64,000 nucleotides of DNA from Planctomycetota bacterium (GCA_965223545.1 OZ245006.1:256001-320000); one strand, 5' to 3'. Positions 43,901 to 53,397 are shown, counted from the first letter of the stretch. Made by a program: numbers and translations. Notes: a model not told the origin generated them from the letters alone.

Positions 43901-45574
43901 GCGGAACTCCGGCTCGTGCGCGTACAGCCGCGCCGCCATGCCCGCGTGCTGCGCACCCTGGCCGGGGAACAGAAACGCCACACGGCGCGCGGCCTCCGCG
44001 CCCTCGCCGCGCACCCCCGCGCCATCGCGCAGCGCGCGCACCGCGCCGCCGGCGTCGGCCGCCACCACCGCGCGCCGGTAGCGCATCGCCATCCGGCCGC
44101 GCGCCAGCGTGTGGGCGACGTCGGCCAGCACCGTGCCGGCGTCGGCCTCCAGGTGATCGGCGAGCTGCGCCGCCCGACGCTCCAACGCGGCGGGGCTGCG
44201 CGCCGACAGCGGCAGCAGCTGCACCGCGCGCGCTGGCGGTTCCGACGCCGGCGCCGGCGGCGCCTGCTCGAGGATCACGTGCGCGTTGGTGCCGCCCAAG
44301 CCGAACGAGCTGACCGCCGCGCGCCGCGGCCCCTCGGCCACCGGCCAGGACTGCAGCCGATCGACGACGAAGAAGGGGCTGCCCGCGAAGTCGATCTCCG
44401 GGTTGGGCCGGCGAAAGTGCAGCGTCGGCGGCAGCTCGCCGTGCTCGAGCGCGAGCACCGCCTTGATCAGACCGGCGACGCCGGCGGCGGCGTTGCTGTG
44501 GCCGATGTTGGTCTTCAGCGAGCCGATCCCGCAGAAACCACGGTCGTCGGTCTGCCGGCGATACGCCTGGGTCAGCGCGCCGACCTCGACCGGATCACCG
44601 AGCGCCGTGCCGGTGCCGTGCGCCTCGACGTAGCCGATGCCCCGCGCCGGCACACGCGCCACCTCCAACGCCGCCTCGATGCACCGCGCCTGGCCGTCGA
44701 CCCCCGGGGCGGTGAAGCCGACGCGGGCGGAGCCGTCGTTGTTGGTCGCCGAGCCGCGCAGCACGGCGCGGATGCAGTCGCCGTCCTCGATCGCATCGGC
44801 CAAGCGCTTGAGCACGACGACCGCCAAGCCGTTGGCGCCGACCATGCCGCGCGCGTCGGCGTCGAAAGCGCGGCAATGACCGTCGGGAGAGTAGACGCCA
44901 CCCTCTTCGTAGCAGTAGCCCGTGTCGCGCAGGGTGGTGATCGACACTCCACCCGCGAGCGCCGCGTCGCACTCGCCGGCGAGCAGGCTCTGGCCCGCCA
45001 GGTGCACCGCGACCAGGCCGGTCGAGCAGGCGGTCTGCACGTTGACGCTGGGTCCGTGCAAGTCGAGCGCATAGGACACGCGCAGCGGCAGGAAGTCGCG
45101 ATCGGTGCCGATCGTCGTCGGCACGATGCCCGCCGACTCGGTCACGGCCCTGTTCTCCAACAGGTTGTGCAGCAGGTAGTTCGGCCGACCCGCTCCGGCG
45201 AACACGCCGACCAGGCCAACCCGTGCCGGGTCGCAGCCGGCATCCTCCAAGGCCTCCACCGCGGCCTCCAGGAACAGCCGGTGCTGGGGGTCGGTGATCT
45301 GTGCTTCGCGCGGCGCGAAGCCGAAGAACCCCGCGTCGAACTGGTCGATGCCGTCGATCAGTCCACCGCCGCACTTGACGTAGCCCGGCGCCGCCAGCTC
45401 GGCTGCCGAGACGCCGGCGGACAAGAGCTCCTCTTCGCTGAAGAAGCGCACCGACTCGCGCCCACTGCGCAGGTTGTCCCACAGCTCGATGTCGTTGGCG
45501 GCGCCGGGCAGGCGCAGGGCCATGCCGACGATCGCGATCTCATCGCCGTGATAGCTGTCGAGCGAGTCTGTCAT
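40937..45574 (-). CDS. Type I PKS module KS-AT-KR-ACP
   Basis: KS VQTACSTG, EAHGTGT, NIGH; AT GHSVG, HAFHS; KR TGGLGGIG, DYCGAN; carrier FFELGGHSL; ATGA overlap with the next PKS. Confidence 0.95.
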   Translation of the reverse strand: MTDSLDSYHGDEIAIVGMALRLPGAANDIELWDNLRSGRESVRFFSEEELLSAGVSAAELAAPGYVKCGGGLIDGIDQFDAGFFGFAPREAQITDPQHRLFLEAAVEALEDAGCDPARVGLVGVFAGAGRPNYLLHNLLENRAVTESAGIVPTTIGTDRDFLPLRVSYALDLHGPSVNVQTACSTGLVAVHLAGQSLLAGECDAALAGGVSITTLRDTGYCYEEGGVYSPDGHCRAFDADARGMVGANGLAVVVLKRLADAIEDGDCIRAVLRGSATNNDGSARVGFTAPGVDGQARCIEAALEVARVPARGIGYVEAHGTGTALGDPVEVGALTQAYRRQTDDRGFCGIGSLKTNIGHSNAAAGVAGLIKAVLALEHGELPPTLHFRRPNPEIDFAGSPFFVVDRLQSWPVAEGPRRAAVSSFGLGGTNAHVILEQAPPAPASEPPARAVQLLPLSARSPAALERRAAQLADHLEADAGTVLADVAHTLARGRMAMRYRRAVVAADAGGAVRALRDGAGVRGEGAEAARRVAFLFPGQGAQHAGMAARLYAHEPEFRQHLEHCAKILAGPLGEDLTAVLYDADVERATARLRRTKWAQPALFAVQYALARQWMAFGVQPAAMLGHSVGEFVAACLAGVLSLEDALALVAARGAMMDALPEGGMLGIAADEASVGAWLQRPEFGGLSLAAVNAPESCVVSGPNEVVDALSTALGAADVGCRRLHTSHAFHSAMMQPIVEPFMAEVAAVGRGRAGLPCVSSMTGDWTEADTFAQPSYWAEQLRAPVRFASAVAKLLADEELLLLEVGPGRTLQSLTAAQLTAGRRQVVASMRHPADGGADDVEVLQEAVGQLWAHGAAIDWQAVQGEARRRTVRLPTYPFERQRYWVDPAPRAASVERHADPARWFYSAAWRAMPIAATALPAARWVLLTDGIGGSGSADLAATLAGGLRDAGATVVEVEAGGDFTRHGEQRFAVRPDSREDWRRLLDALGHDGAPLHFVHLWSLAGEEDAERRAFYAPLALVQAGLQDAAAGSFALTVLTDGLFSVAGEPVLGPARATAVGIVRGLRQEHPTIHARLLDLPAGAGAEQSAAVLAVLGRGEEPILARRHRDWRALVAVPSPLAAPEALAWERPGGAFLITGGLGGIGASIAMHLARLGDSRIALLIRSPLPARGEFEAICAKRPTGDPERRRVERLLALEATGARVQVWHADAGDPAQVERAVAEVVDAMGPLRGVVHAAGSARGGLLELREPAAAAAVLDAKVRGSIALRAATAGQPLELFVLCSSLTSLLGAVGAADYCGANAVQDALAAVPGDCPVTTIGWDAWAEVGMTAESAVPDELAAARADVLRHGLRTDEGVEVFRRAVAAGGGHVWISTRDLAPRIAVGVETGAAQPAATAAGGEAASASPAGGEPANAPDASAGLAPRPSLPTPHVAARDEHEARILAVWQELLGIDGLGVDDNFFELGGHSLLLVRLNHRLKSEFGATLTMAEMFEHATVAEQAARMAGGSRAPQLDAEKERAGKQRQAFGKLGAAARKRRGGAG

Positions 45575-45733
45575 GGAGGCGGGGGGCGGCGGCAGGGCGG
45601 CCCCCGCACACAGGGGCCCCTTCGAAGAATAGACGAAAGCGGGTCGCCGGGTCGAAGGGCCGTTGGCAGCGAAACGACCGCCACCGCCGGCAGTTGGCGC
45701 CGCGGCTGGGTTCGGCGACGATCCTCTGCACCG

Positions 45734-46450
45734 ATGCCGCTCGATCTGCGCAACCGCCACGGCGAAGCCCTCGCCCACAGCCATGCCCCCGGTGCCACCG
45801 ACGATGCACCCCTCGTCGTCATCGGTCACGGGCTCACCTCCCAACACGACCGCCCGTGGCTGAAGGCGATCAGCGCGACGCTGAGCGCCGCCGGCATCGG
45901 CTCGCTGCGCTTCTCGTTCGCCGGCAACGGCGCCTCTCAGGGCCGTTTCGCCGACGCCACCATCAGCAAGGAGATCGGTGACCTGCAGGCTGTGCTGGAC
46001 GCCGTCGGCACCCGGCGCGTCTTCTACGCCGGCCACAGCATGGGCGCCGCCGTCGGTGTGTTGTGCGCCGCGCGCGATCCGCGGCTGGCGGGCTTGATCT
46101 CGCTCGCCGGCATGGTGCACGTCGCCGAGTTCATGCGCCGGCTGTTCGGCCACCTGACGCCGGACCGCGACGTGATGCTCGACAAGCCGCACTGCCCGCT
46201 GACCAGCGCGTTCTTGGCCGACGCCGAGGCGATCGGCGACGTGCTGGCGGCGGCCGCCGAGATCGCCCAGCCATGGCTCTTGGTGCACGGCACCGCCGAC
46301 GAGCTGGTGCCGCTGCGCGACGCCGAGGACGCGCGCGCCACTTGCCCAAGGGCCGAGCTGTGGACCATCGCCGGCGCCGACCACCGGTTCACCGGTGTCG
46401 AGGACGCGGTCGGCGCGCGGGTCGCCGCCTGGGTCGCCCGCCACGCCTGA
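45734..46450 (+). CDS. Alpha/beta hydrolase
   Basis: HG oxyanion motif, GHSMG, HGTADELVP, GADH. Confidence 0.9.
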   Translation: MPLDLRNRHGEALAHSHAPGATDDAPLVVIGHGLTSQHDRPWLKAISATLSAAGIGSLRFSFAGNGASQGRFADATISKEIGDLQAVLDAVGTRRVFYAGHSMGAAVGVLCAARDPRLAGLISLAGMVHVAEFMRRLFGHLTPDRDVMLDKPHCPLTSAFLADAEAIGDVLAAAAEIAQPWLLVHGTADELVPLRDAEDARATCPRAELWTIAGADHRFTGVEDAVGARVAAWVARHA

Positions 46451-46578
46451 CGACTGTCGAGAAATCCGACGCCGCAGCAGCGGGGTTTTTGAGCGACCTG
46501 CGCCCGCGCGAATGCCGACATCAAAGGACACCGGCACTCCTGCGGGGGCGCCGGCGCTCGACCCTGGTGCCGCGTAGG

Positions 46579-49500
46579 ATGGCCGACCCCCAGCTGCAAC
46601 CCGACGTGCAAGACGCGTACGGCCTGTCCCACTTGCAGGCCGGCATGCTGTTCCACGCCCAGTCGGCGGACCGGCCCGGGTTCGACGTGGAGCAGATCGT
46701 GCTCGAGCTGCGCGGTCCCCTGGACCGGGCGCGAATGCGGCGCGCCTGGCAGACCGTGGTGGCGCGGCACGCGGTGCTGCGCACCAGGATCCGGTTCCAC
46801 GAGCTGCGCGAACCACGCCAGGAAGTCGTGGCCGCGGTCGACGTGCCCTGGACCGAGCACGACGGGCGGGGCGGCGCGTTCCCGCTGGACGAGCTCTTGC
46901 ACGCCGACCGCACGCGGGGCTTCGACCTCGAGTCCGCGCCGCTGATGCGCTGCACGCTGGTGCACCGCGGCGCCGATCGCGCCGAGCTGATCTGGACGCT
47001 ACACCACATCATTCTCGACGGGCGCTCGTTCCCGCTGGTGCTGCGCGAGGTGTTCACGGTGTACGCCGCCGAGGACGGTCCGGCGCCGCAGCCCGACCTT
47101 CCGCCGTACCACACCTACATCGATTGGCTGGGCTCCGTCGACCACGAACAGAGCCGTGCGTTCTGGACCGAACGGCTGCGCGGCTTCAGCCAGCCGACCG
47201 CACTGCCCCTGACCTCCTTCCACCGCAGTCCACAACCCTCGACGATCGAGCTGACGGCCACCTTGACCGCGGCCGAGACCAACCAGCTCGAGGCCGCCCT
47301 GGAGCCGGCCGATGCCTCGCTGAACACCGCACTGCAGGCGGCGTGGTCGGTCCTGCTGGCCCGTTACGCCGGCGACGAAGACGTCGTGTTCGGCGCCACC
47401 CGCGCCTGCCGCTACTTCGACAGCAATCCGCAGGCCAAGGCCATGGTCGGCCTGTTCATCAACACGCTGCCGCTCCGCGCCCAGCTGCGCGGCGCCACCG
47501 TCGAGGACTTGCTGCGGCAACTGCGCACCGACTGGATCGCGCAGCGGCCGGTCGAGCACACTCCGCTGGTCGACGTGCACCGCTTCAGCGAGCTGCCGGC
47601 GGGGACGCCGCTGTTCGAGACCCTGGTGGTCTATGACAGCGAGCCCCTGGCGGCTCGAATCTGCGGCACCGCCGGCGAGCTCGAGATCGTCGATGCCACG
47701 CTGCACGAGCAACCGACCTTCCCCCTGGTGTTGCTGGGCTACGGCGGCGAGCGCTTGCGGCTCAAGCTGTTGTTCGACGATGGCCGCTTCGAGCGCGGCA
47801 TCGCCGAGCGGATGTTGGCGCAGGTCGCGGGCCTGCTGCGTTGGATGGCCAGTGGACTCGAGCAGCCGGTTGCCGAGGCACCGGTGCTGTCGCCGGCCGA
47901 GCACACCGAGATCGTCCGCACCTGGAACGACACCGGCGGGGCCCCACCCCGCGACCGCTGTCTGCACGAAGACTTCGCCGAGCAGGCACGGCAGCGCCCG
48001 CTCGACACCGCCCTGCGCTGCGCCGAGGAGACCTGGAGCTACGCGCGGCTGGAGGCGACGGCCAATCGGCTCGCCCACCGGCTGCTGCGGGCCGGCGCCG
48101 GCGCAGGCGTCCGCGTCGGCATTTGTCTGGAGCGCGCGCCCGCGCTGGTCGCAGGCCTGCTGGCGATCGCCAAGACCGGGGCCACCTACGTGCCCTTGGA
48201 CGCCGAGCTGCCCCTCGACCGCCGCCAGTTCATCGCCGAGGACGCGGACCTGGGTCTGCTGCTGACGCAGCAGGAGCTCGGCGGCGACCTGCAGCCCGGC
48301 TGCCCGGTGCTGTTGTTGCACGAGCTCGGCGCGGTGCTCGAGGACGGCCCCGACCCCGGCCCGCCGGTGGCCGATCTCGACCCCGACCGCCCGGCGTACG
48401 TGATCTACACCTCGGGTTCGACCGGCCGGCCGAAGGGCGTGGTGGTCCACCACCGCAGCGCGCTCAACACCATCGACTGGGTCAACGAGACCTACGCGGT
48501 CGGCCCGGGCGACTGCCTGCTGTTCGTGACCTCGGTTTGCTTCGACCTCTCGGTGTACGACGTGTTCGGCGTGCTCGGCGCCGGCGCCTGTCTGCGCATC
48601 GCGCGCGCCGGAGAGCTGGCCGACCCCGCGGCGCTGGCAGCGCGGCTGACGAGCGGCGAGATCACGTTCTGGGACTCGGCGCCGGCGTTCCTGCAGCAGG
48701 TCGCGCCGTTTCTGCAACAGCAGTCAGCGCCGCCATCCACCGGCGGCCTGCGCCTGGTGTTCCTCAGCGGCGACTGGATCCCGGTCACCCTGCCCGAGCG
48801 AGTGACGGCGCGTTTCCCCGGCTGCCAGATCATCAGCCTGGGCGGTGCCACCGAGGCGTCGATCTGGTCCAACTTCTACGCCGTCCAGAATGTCGGCGAC
48901 CGGTGGCCGAGCATTCCCTACGGCACGCCGATCCGCAACTGCCGCTACCACGTGCTCGACAGCGCGCTGCGGCCGATGCCAGCGGGGGCCACAGGCGAGC
49001 TGTTCATCGGCGGCGACTGCGTGGTCGCCGGCTACCACCGCCGCGACGAGCTCACCGCCGAACGCTTCATCCCGGACCCGTTCCACCCAGGCCAGCGGCT
49101 GTACCGCACCGGCGATCTCGCGCGCTACGACAGCTTTGGCACCCTGGAGTTCTTGGGCCGCGCCGACAACCAGGTCAAGGTGCGCGGCTACCGCGTCGAG
49201 CTCGGCGAGATCGAGGCCGCGCTCGGCCGCTGCCGCGGCGTCGCCGAAGCCATCGTGGTCGCGCCGCGCGACGCCGACGGGACGCGCTCGATCGTCGGCT
49301 TCGTCGAGCCCAGCGACCGCGGCGCCGTCGACGCCGATCTGCTGCGCGTGGAGATCGAGCGCTGGCTTCCGTCCTACATGGTGCCGGGACGCATCGAGAT
49401 CCTCGAGCGCTGGCCGCTGTCGCCCAACGGCAAGGTGGACCGCGCGGCCCTCGAGCGCCGCCCCGGGCACACGGCAAGGGCCCCTTCCGCGCCGGCGGAG

Positions 49501-50628
49501 ACCGACCTCGAGCGGCAGCTGGTGGCGATCTGGTGCGACCTCTTGAACCTCGACGCGATCGGCCGAGACGACAACTTCTTCGATCTCGGCGGACACTCGC
49601 TGCGCGCGGCCCAGCTGGTCGCCGAGATCGAGCGACGCCTCGGCGCCCGACTGCCACTGGAGTCCGTCCTGCAGGCGCCGACCGTCCGCCAGCTCGGCGC
49701 CACGCTCGAGCAGGGGCTCGGCACGGGTTCCGGCAGCTCCTTCGTCCACTTCAACGCGGGCGGACACCGCGACCCCGTGTTCTTGATCGCCGGAATCGGC
49801 GGTCAGGTGTTCATGTTCCGCGAGATGGCGCAGATCCTCGGCGTGGACCAACCGCTGTACGCCGGCAAGGCGATCGGCATCGACGGCCGCCGCCGCACGC
49901 CCGACCGCGTCGAGGACATCGCCGCGCAATACCTCACCGAGCTGCTCGAGCTGCAGCCCACCGGGCGCTATCGCCTCGGCGGCTACTCGTTCGGCGGGCT
50001 GATCGCGTTCGAGGTCGCCGCCCGGCTGCGCGCCAGCGGCCGCGAAGTGACCTGGCTCGGACTGTTCGACACCCTGGCCCCCGGCTACCCGAGGCGCAAG
50101 CCGCTGCCGCAGCGCCTGCGCGAGCATCTCCGCAACCTGCTCGCCGCCGACAACGACGAGGCCGGCAACTACCTGCGGGAGCGATTGCACAACATCGGTC
50201 GCCGGATTCGCCGCCGCATTGGGATGCGCACCGACATCACCACTCTGCCGGGCATGGACGCCCGCACGCAGGATCGCTTCGCCGCGGTCGAAGCGGCGCT
50301 CAACCGCGCCAAATGGCGCTATCGCCCCAGCCACAAGCTCGACGTGCCGATCACCGTGTTCTGCGCCGAAGAGGGCTTCGATTGGCCGGCGACGACGTTC
50401 GACGACCCCGGCCTTGGCTGGAGCCGCTACACCACGGCGGCCGTGCACCACCACGCGGTGCCGGGCAGCCACCTCGAGCTGTTCCAAGCGCCCAACGTCG
50501 GTCCGCTCTCACAGCGAGTCCGCGAGCAGCTGGCGCCGAGCGACACGGGCACGCGCGACGAGCATTCCGGCACCCGGGCGCAACAGGTGGCCGCCAACGC
50601 CGCCGGTCACTCCTCTTCGATGCGGTAG
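46579..50628 (+). CDS. Single-module NRPS C-A-PCP-TE
   Basis: C HHIILDG; A YTSGSTGRPKG, YRTGD, NGKVDR; PCP FFDLGGHSL; TE GYSFG. Confidence 0.95.
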   Translation: MADPQLQPDVQDAYGLSHLQAGMLFHAQSADRPGFDVEQIVLELRGPLDRARMRRAWQTVVARHAVLRTRIRFHELREPRQEVVAAVDVPWTEHDGRGGAFPLDELLHADRTRGFDLESAPLMRCTLVHRGADRAELIWTLHHIILDGRSFPLVLREVFTVYAAEDGPAPQPDLPPYHTYIDWLGSVDHEQSRAFWTERLRGFSQPTALPLTSFHRSPQPSTIELTATLTAAETNQLEAALEPADASLNTALQAAWSVLLARYAGDEDVVFGATRACRYFDSNPQAKAMVGLFINTLPLRAQLRGATVEDLLRQLRTDWIAQRPVEHTPLVDVHRFSELPAGTPLFETLVVYDSEPLAARICGTAGELEIVDATLHEQPTFPLVLLGYGGERLRLKLLFDDGRFERGIAERMLAQVAGLLRWMASGLEQPVAEAPVLSPAEHTEIVRTWNDTGGAPPRDRCLHEDFAEQARQRPLDTALRCAEETWSYARLEATANRLAHRLLRAGAGAGVRVGICLERAPALVAGLLAIAKTGATYVPLDAELPLDRRQFIAEDADLGLLLTQQELGGDLQPGCPVLLLHELGAVLEDGPDPGPPVADLDPDRPAYVIYTSGSTGRPKGVVVHHRSALNTIDWVNETYAVGPGDCLLFVTSVCFDLSVYDVFGVLGAGACLRIARAGELADPAALAARLTSGEITFWDSAPAFLQQVAPFLQQQSAPPSTGGLRLVFLSGDWIPVTLPERVTARFPGCQIISLGGATEASIWSNFYAVQNVGDRWPSIPYGTPIRNCRYHVLDSALRPMPAGATGELFIGGDCVVAGYHRRDELTAERFIPDPFHPGQRLYRTGDLARYDSFGTLEFLGRADNQVKVRGYRVELGEIEAALGRCRGVAEAIVVAPRDADGTRSIVGFVEPSDRGAVDADLLRVEIERWLPSYMVPGRIEILERWPLSPNGKVDRAALERRPGHTARAPSAPAETDLERQLVAIWCDLLNLDAIGRDDNFFDLGGHSLRAAQLVAEIERRLGARLPLESVLQAPTVRQLGATLEQGLGTGSGSSFVHFNAGGHRDPVFLIAGIGGQVFMFREMAQILGVDQPLYAGKAIGIDGRRRTPDRVEDIAAQYLTELLELQPTGRYRLGGYSFGGLIAFEVAARLRASGREVTWLGLFDTLAPGYPRRKPLPQRLREHLRNLLAADNDEAGNYLRERLHNIGRRIRRRIGMRTDITTLPGMDARTQDRFAAVEAALNRAKWRYRPSHKLDVPITVFCAEEGFDWPATTFDDPGLGWSRYTTAAVHHHAVPGSHLELFQAPNVGPLSQRVREQLAPSDTGTRDEHSGTRAQQVAANAAGHSSSMR

Positions 50629-50631
50629 AGG
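50601..50631 (+). repeat. 31-bp direct repeat, copy 1
   Basis: CGCCGGTCACTCCTCTTCGATGCGGTAGAGG, identical to 52006-52036; contains the NRPS stop. Confidence 0.92.
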
Positions 50632-50670
50632 CCGGCGAGAAGACGTACTGCCAGCCCGAACCCACCGCCA

Positions 50671-50785
50671 TGAGCCCGGAGGCACTGTCTCTCCGAGCCT
50701 CCGGCGCGGCGGCGACGTTGTCATGTCAGCGGCGTCGCCTCGAGAATGTTGTCGAAGCTCGAAGATTCGAGGCGCCGGAGGCTCA
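50671..50785 (-). mobile_element. TGAG-bounded palindromic element, first module only
   Basis: Reverse complement matches 21625-21739 at 107 of 115 positions by manual alignment; begins at the stop of the ATPase gene. Confidence 0.88.
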
Positions 50786-51946
50786 CTGGCCCCGCGGCAG
50801 ATCGAGAGTCATCCTCGATGCTGCCATCGCACGGATCCGCTCGTCCATCGGATAGCTGTCTGTCCCGGCGTGCACCACGACCAACTCGTCGAGTGCGAGA
50901 TCATCGAGCGCAACCCGCATCGAGCGTGTGATCCTCGGAGCTACGGTCCGCTTGATCTCGAAGCCGAGCTTCCTCCCCCCGTGTAGGGCCAGGAGATCCA
51001 ACTCCGCGCCTGCGTGGGTCGCCCAGAAATGCACATCCCGCTCATCCAAAGCCAGGAGGTCGCAAATCTGCTGCAGGATGAACCCCTCCCACGAAGCTCC
51101 CACTTTCGGATGACTCTCCAGCGCGTCGATGCCCTCGATTCCGAGTAGGGAATGGAGCAGGCCCGTGTCACGCAAGTAGATCTTGGGTGACTTGACTTGG
51201 CGCTTCTTGACGTTGTCAAACCAAGGCTGCAGCTGCCGCACTACGAGCAACGAAGACAGCACGTCCAGATACCACTTCGCCTGCTTGTTGCTCACATCCA
51301 TCGAGCGCGCGATCTCGGACGCATTCCAGGTCTGACCGTGGTAGTGCGCCAGCATCATCCAGAACCGACGCAGAGTTGGCGCCGGGGCCCTGATGCCGAA
51401 CTGAGGGACGTCACGCTCCAAGAAAGTCGTGATGAAGTCTCGCCGCCACGCCACGCTGGCCGCCGCGCCACGAGCTAGGAAAGAGCGCGGGAAACCGCCG
51501 CGCACCCAGAGCTTGTCCAGATCCCTACCCGCGACCTCGTCGACACCGAATCCGGGCAGCCAGTAGTACGCGACCCTACCGGCAAGCGACTCGGAGGATT
51601 GTTGCAGCAGGTCCGGAGAGGCACTTCCCAGGATCAGGAACCGGGCCGGCTTGCGCGGTCGATCGGCAAGGACTCGGAGGACTGAAAACACCTCGGGCAG
51701 ACGTTGCACCTCGTCGAGAACCACCAGACCCCGCAACCGGCGCAACCCCAACATCGGGTCGGCGAGGCGGGCAAGGTCCGCCGGGTTCTCGAGGTCGAAG
51801 TGGGTCACCTGCCCCCGCCGGCGCTCCGCGACCGCTCTGGCGATCGTCGTCTTGCCAACCTGCCTCGCCCCGAGCACGGCCACTACCGGATTGTCTCGCA
51901 ACCGCCATTCAATGGCGCGCAAGTGCCTGCTCCGGACAATCATCAA
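50783..51946 (-). CDS. AAA_14 + DUF4143 ATP-binding protein
   Basis: GARQVGKTT, LDEVQ, LGSAS, RGGFP, KSPKIYLRDTGLL, GASWEG, ELDLL...FEIK; start 51946 or 51943. Confidence 0.92.
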   Translation of the reverse strand: MMIVRSRHLRAIEWRLRDNPVVAVLGARQVGKTTIARAVAERRRGQVTHFDLENPADLARLADPMLGLRRLRGLVVLDEVQRLPEVFSVLRVLADRPRKPARFLILGSASPDLLQQSSESLAGRVAYYWLPGFGVDEVAGRDLDKLWVRGGFPRSFLARGAAASVAWRRDFITTFLERDVPQFGIRAPAPTLRRFWMMLAHYHGQTWNASEIARSMDVSNKQAKWYLDVLSSLLVVRQLQPWFDNVKKRQVKSPKIYLRDTGLLHSLLGIEGIDALESHPKVGASWEGFILQQICDLLALDERDVHFWATHAGAELDLLALHGGRKLGFEIKRTVAPRITRSMRVALDDLALDELVVVHAGTDSYPMDERIRAMAASRMTLDLPRGQ

Positions 51947-51983
51947 CCTTGAAAATTAGCCCTGTATCGACCAATTTTCCAGG
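51947..51983. promoter_or_regulatory. AT-rich inverted repeat upstream of the ATPase gene
   Basis: CCTTGAAAATT-N15-AATTTTCCAGG, 10 of 11 positions complementary. Confidence 0.45.
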
Positions 51984-52005
51984 TTCGCCCTTCGGGGGCT
52001 GCAGG

Positions 52006-52036
52006 CGCCGGTCACTCCTCTTCGATGCGGTAGAGG
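52006..52036 (+). repeat. 31-bp direct repeat, copy 2
   Basis: Identical to 50601-50631; encodes the C-terminus LYRIEEE* of the PQQ-like gene on the minus strand. Confidence 0.92.
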
Positions 52037-53256
52037 TGGGTCTTGGTGCGCACCAAGAGCGCGCTGTCGTGCACTGCCGGAGACGCCATGCAGCCGGCGT
52101 CGAGCGTGTTGCGCGCGAGTTCGACGTACTCGTCCGCCGGCTCGATCACCACCGCGCCACCGTCTCGATCGAAGTAGTAGACCCGGCCCGGGGCCGCCAG
52201 TAGCGACGCGCAGTGCGGCGCCCCGAGGCGCTGGTACCACAGCCGTTCTCCCGTCTCGGCGTCGACGCAGCTGGCGATGCCCGAGTCGCTGACCTGGAAG
52301 ATCCGCCCGTCGACGAACACCGGCGAAGGCATCGTGGGAACGCTGCGCCGCGCGCGCCAAACGACGTTGGCCTCGGTCACGTCACCCTGTCCCTCCGGGC
52401 GGACGGCCCAGAGCTCCGGCCGCATGAAGCCGGTGTTGAGGAACAGCAGCCCATCGCCGGTGATCGGCCGCGACGACATCGAGAAACCGGGATGCTGCAC
52501 CTTCCACAGCTCCTCGCCCGTTTCCGGATCGTATGCCACCGTCGCGCGCGCGCCGCTACTGATCACCCGCAGCTCATCGCCGACCGTGATCCCCAGCGGA
52601 GTGCTGTAGGCCTTGCGCAAGTCGGGTGGCAGCGAGCCGAAGTCCACCGACCGATCGCGCCGCCACAGGGTCTCGCCGGTGGCCGGATCCAGCGCAACCA
52701 CGTACTGGACGTCACCGCCGTCCATGTGCAGCACGAGCCGACCGGCGATCAGCGCGGGCGAGGACCCGGGTCCTTCCATGTGATCGCAGTGCAAATCGCG
52801 GCGCTGCCACACGACTTCGCCGCTGTCGCCATCCAGGCACGCGGTGCCGTAGGTGCCGAAGTGCAGGAACACGCGGGCGCCATCCGTCACCGGTGACGGC
52901 GACGCGTAGCTGTTCAGCGCGTTCTTCGGCTCCGGGTCGTCGATCGTGAACACCTGTCGCTCGACCGCCAGCGCGCCATCCTGCAGATCCACGGCCAACG
53001 CCCACAACGCCCGGCCGCCGTCGGTGGCGGTGGTCATCCACGCCCGGTCCCCGGCGATCACCGGCGACGACCAACCCTCGCCGGGCAGCGGAGTCTTCCA
53101 GCGCACGTTGCGCTCTTCACTCCAATGCAGCGGCAGCGTGGCGCCGGTGTGCCCCTGGCGCGAGGGACCGCGGAAATCCTCCCAAAGGGGCTCCTGCGCC
53201 ACGGCTGTTGCGGCCAAGAGCAACGGCCACGGGCCGATCCGAGCGGGCGCGATCAC
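52012..53256 (-). CDS. PQQ-like beta-propeller protein (planctomycete BamB-like family)
   Basis: WEDFRGP, NVRWKTPLPGEGWSSPV, NSYASPSP, AYSTP, MASPA, VRTKTHLYRI. Confidence 0.9.
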   Translation of the reverse strand: MIAPARIGPWPLLLAATAVAQEPLWEDFRGPSRQGHTGATLPLHWSEERNVRWKTPLPGEGWSSPVIAGDRAWMTTATDGGRALWALAVDLQDGALAVERQVFTIDDPEPKNALNSYASPSPVTDGARVFLHFGTYGTACLDGDSGEVVWQRRDLHCDHMEGPGSSPALIAGRLVLHMDGGDVQYVVALDPATGETLWRRDRSVDFGSLPPDLRKAYSTPLGITVGDELRVISSGARATVAYDPETGEELWKVQHPGFSMSSRPITGDGLLFLNTGFMRPELWAVRPEGQGDVTEANVVWRARRSVPTMPSPVFVDGRIFQVSDSGIASCVDAETGERLWYQRLGAPHCASLLAAPGRVYYFDRDGGAVVIEPADEYVELARNTLDAGCMASPAVHDSALLVRTKTHLYRIEEE

Positions 53257-53397
53257 CGCGGCATCGTAGACCGGCAGCCGGTGCACTGCCAGGTCGCGAG
53301 GGCGCGCCCTTTGCAAACACGGCGATCGGCACCGCCGAACACCTCCGTCTACGATCGATCCCATCGGAAGGCACCACCCCCATCCCAAGGAGAACAG

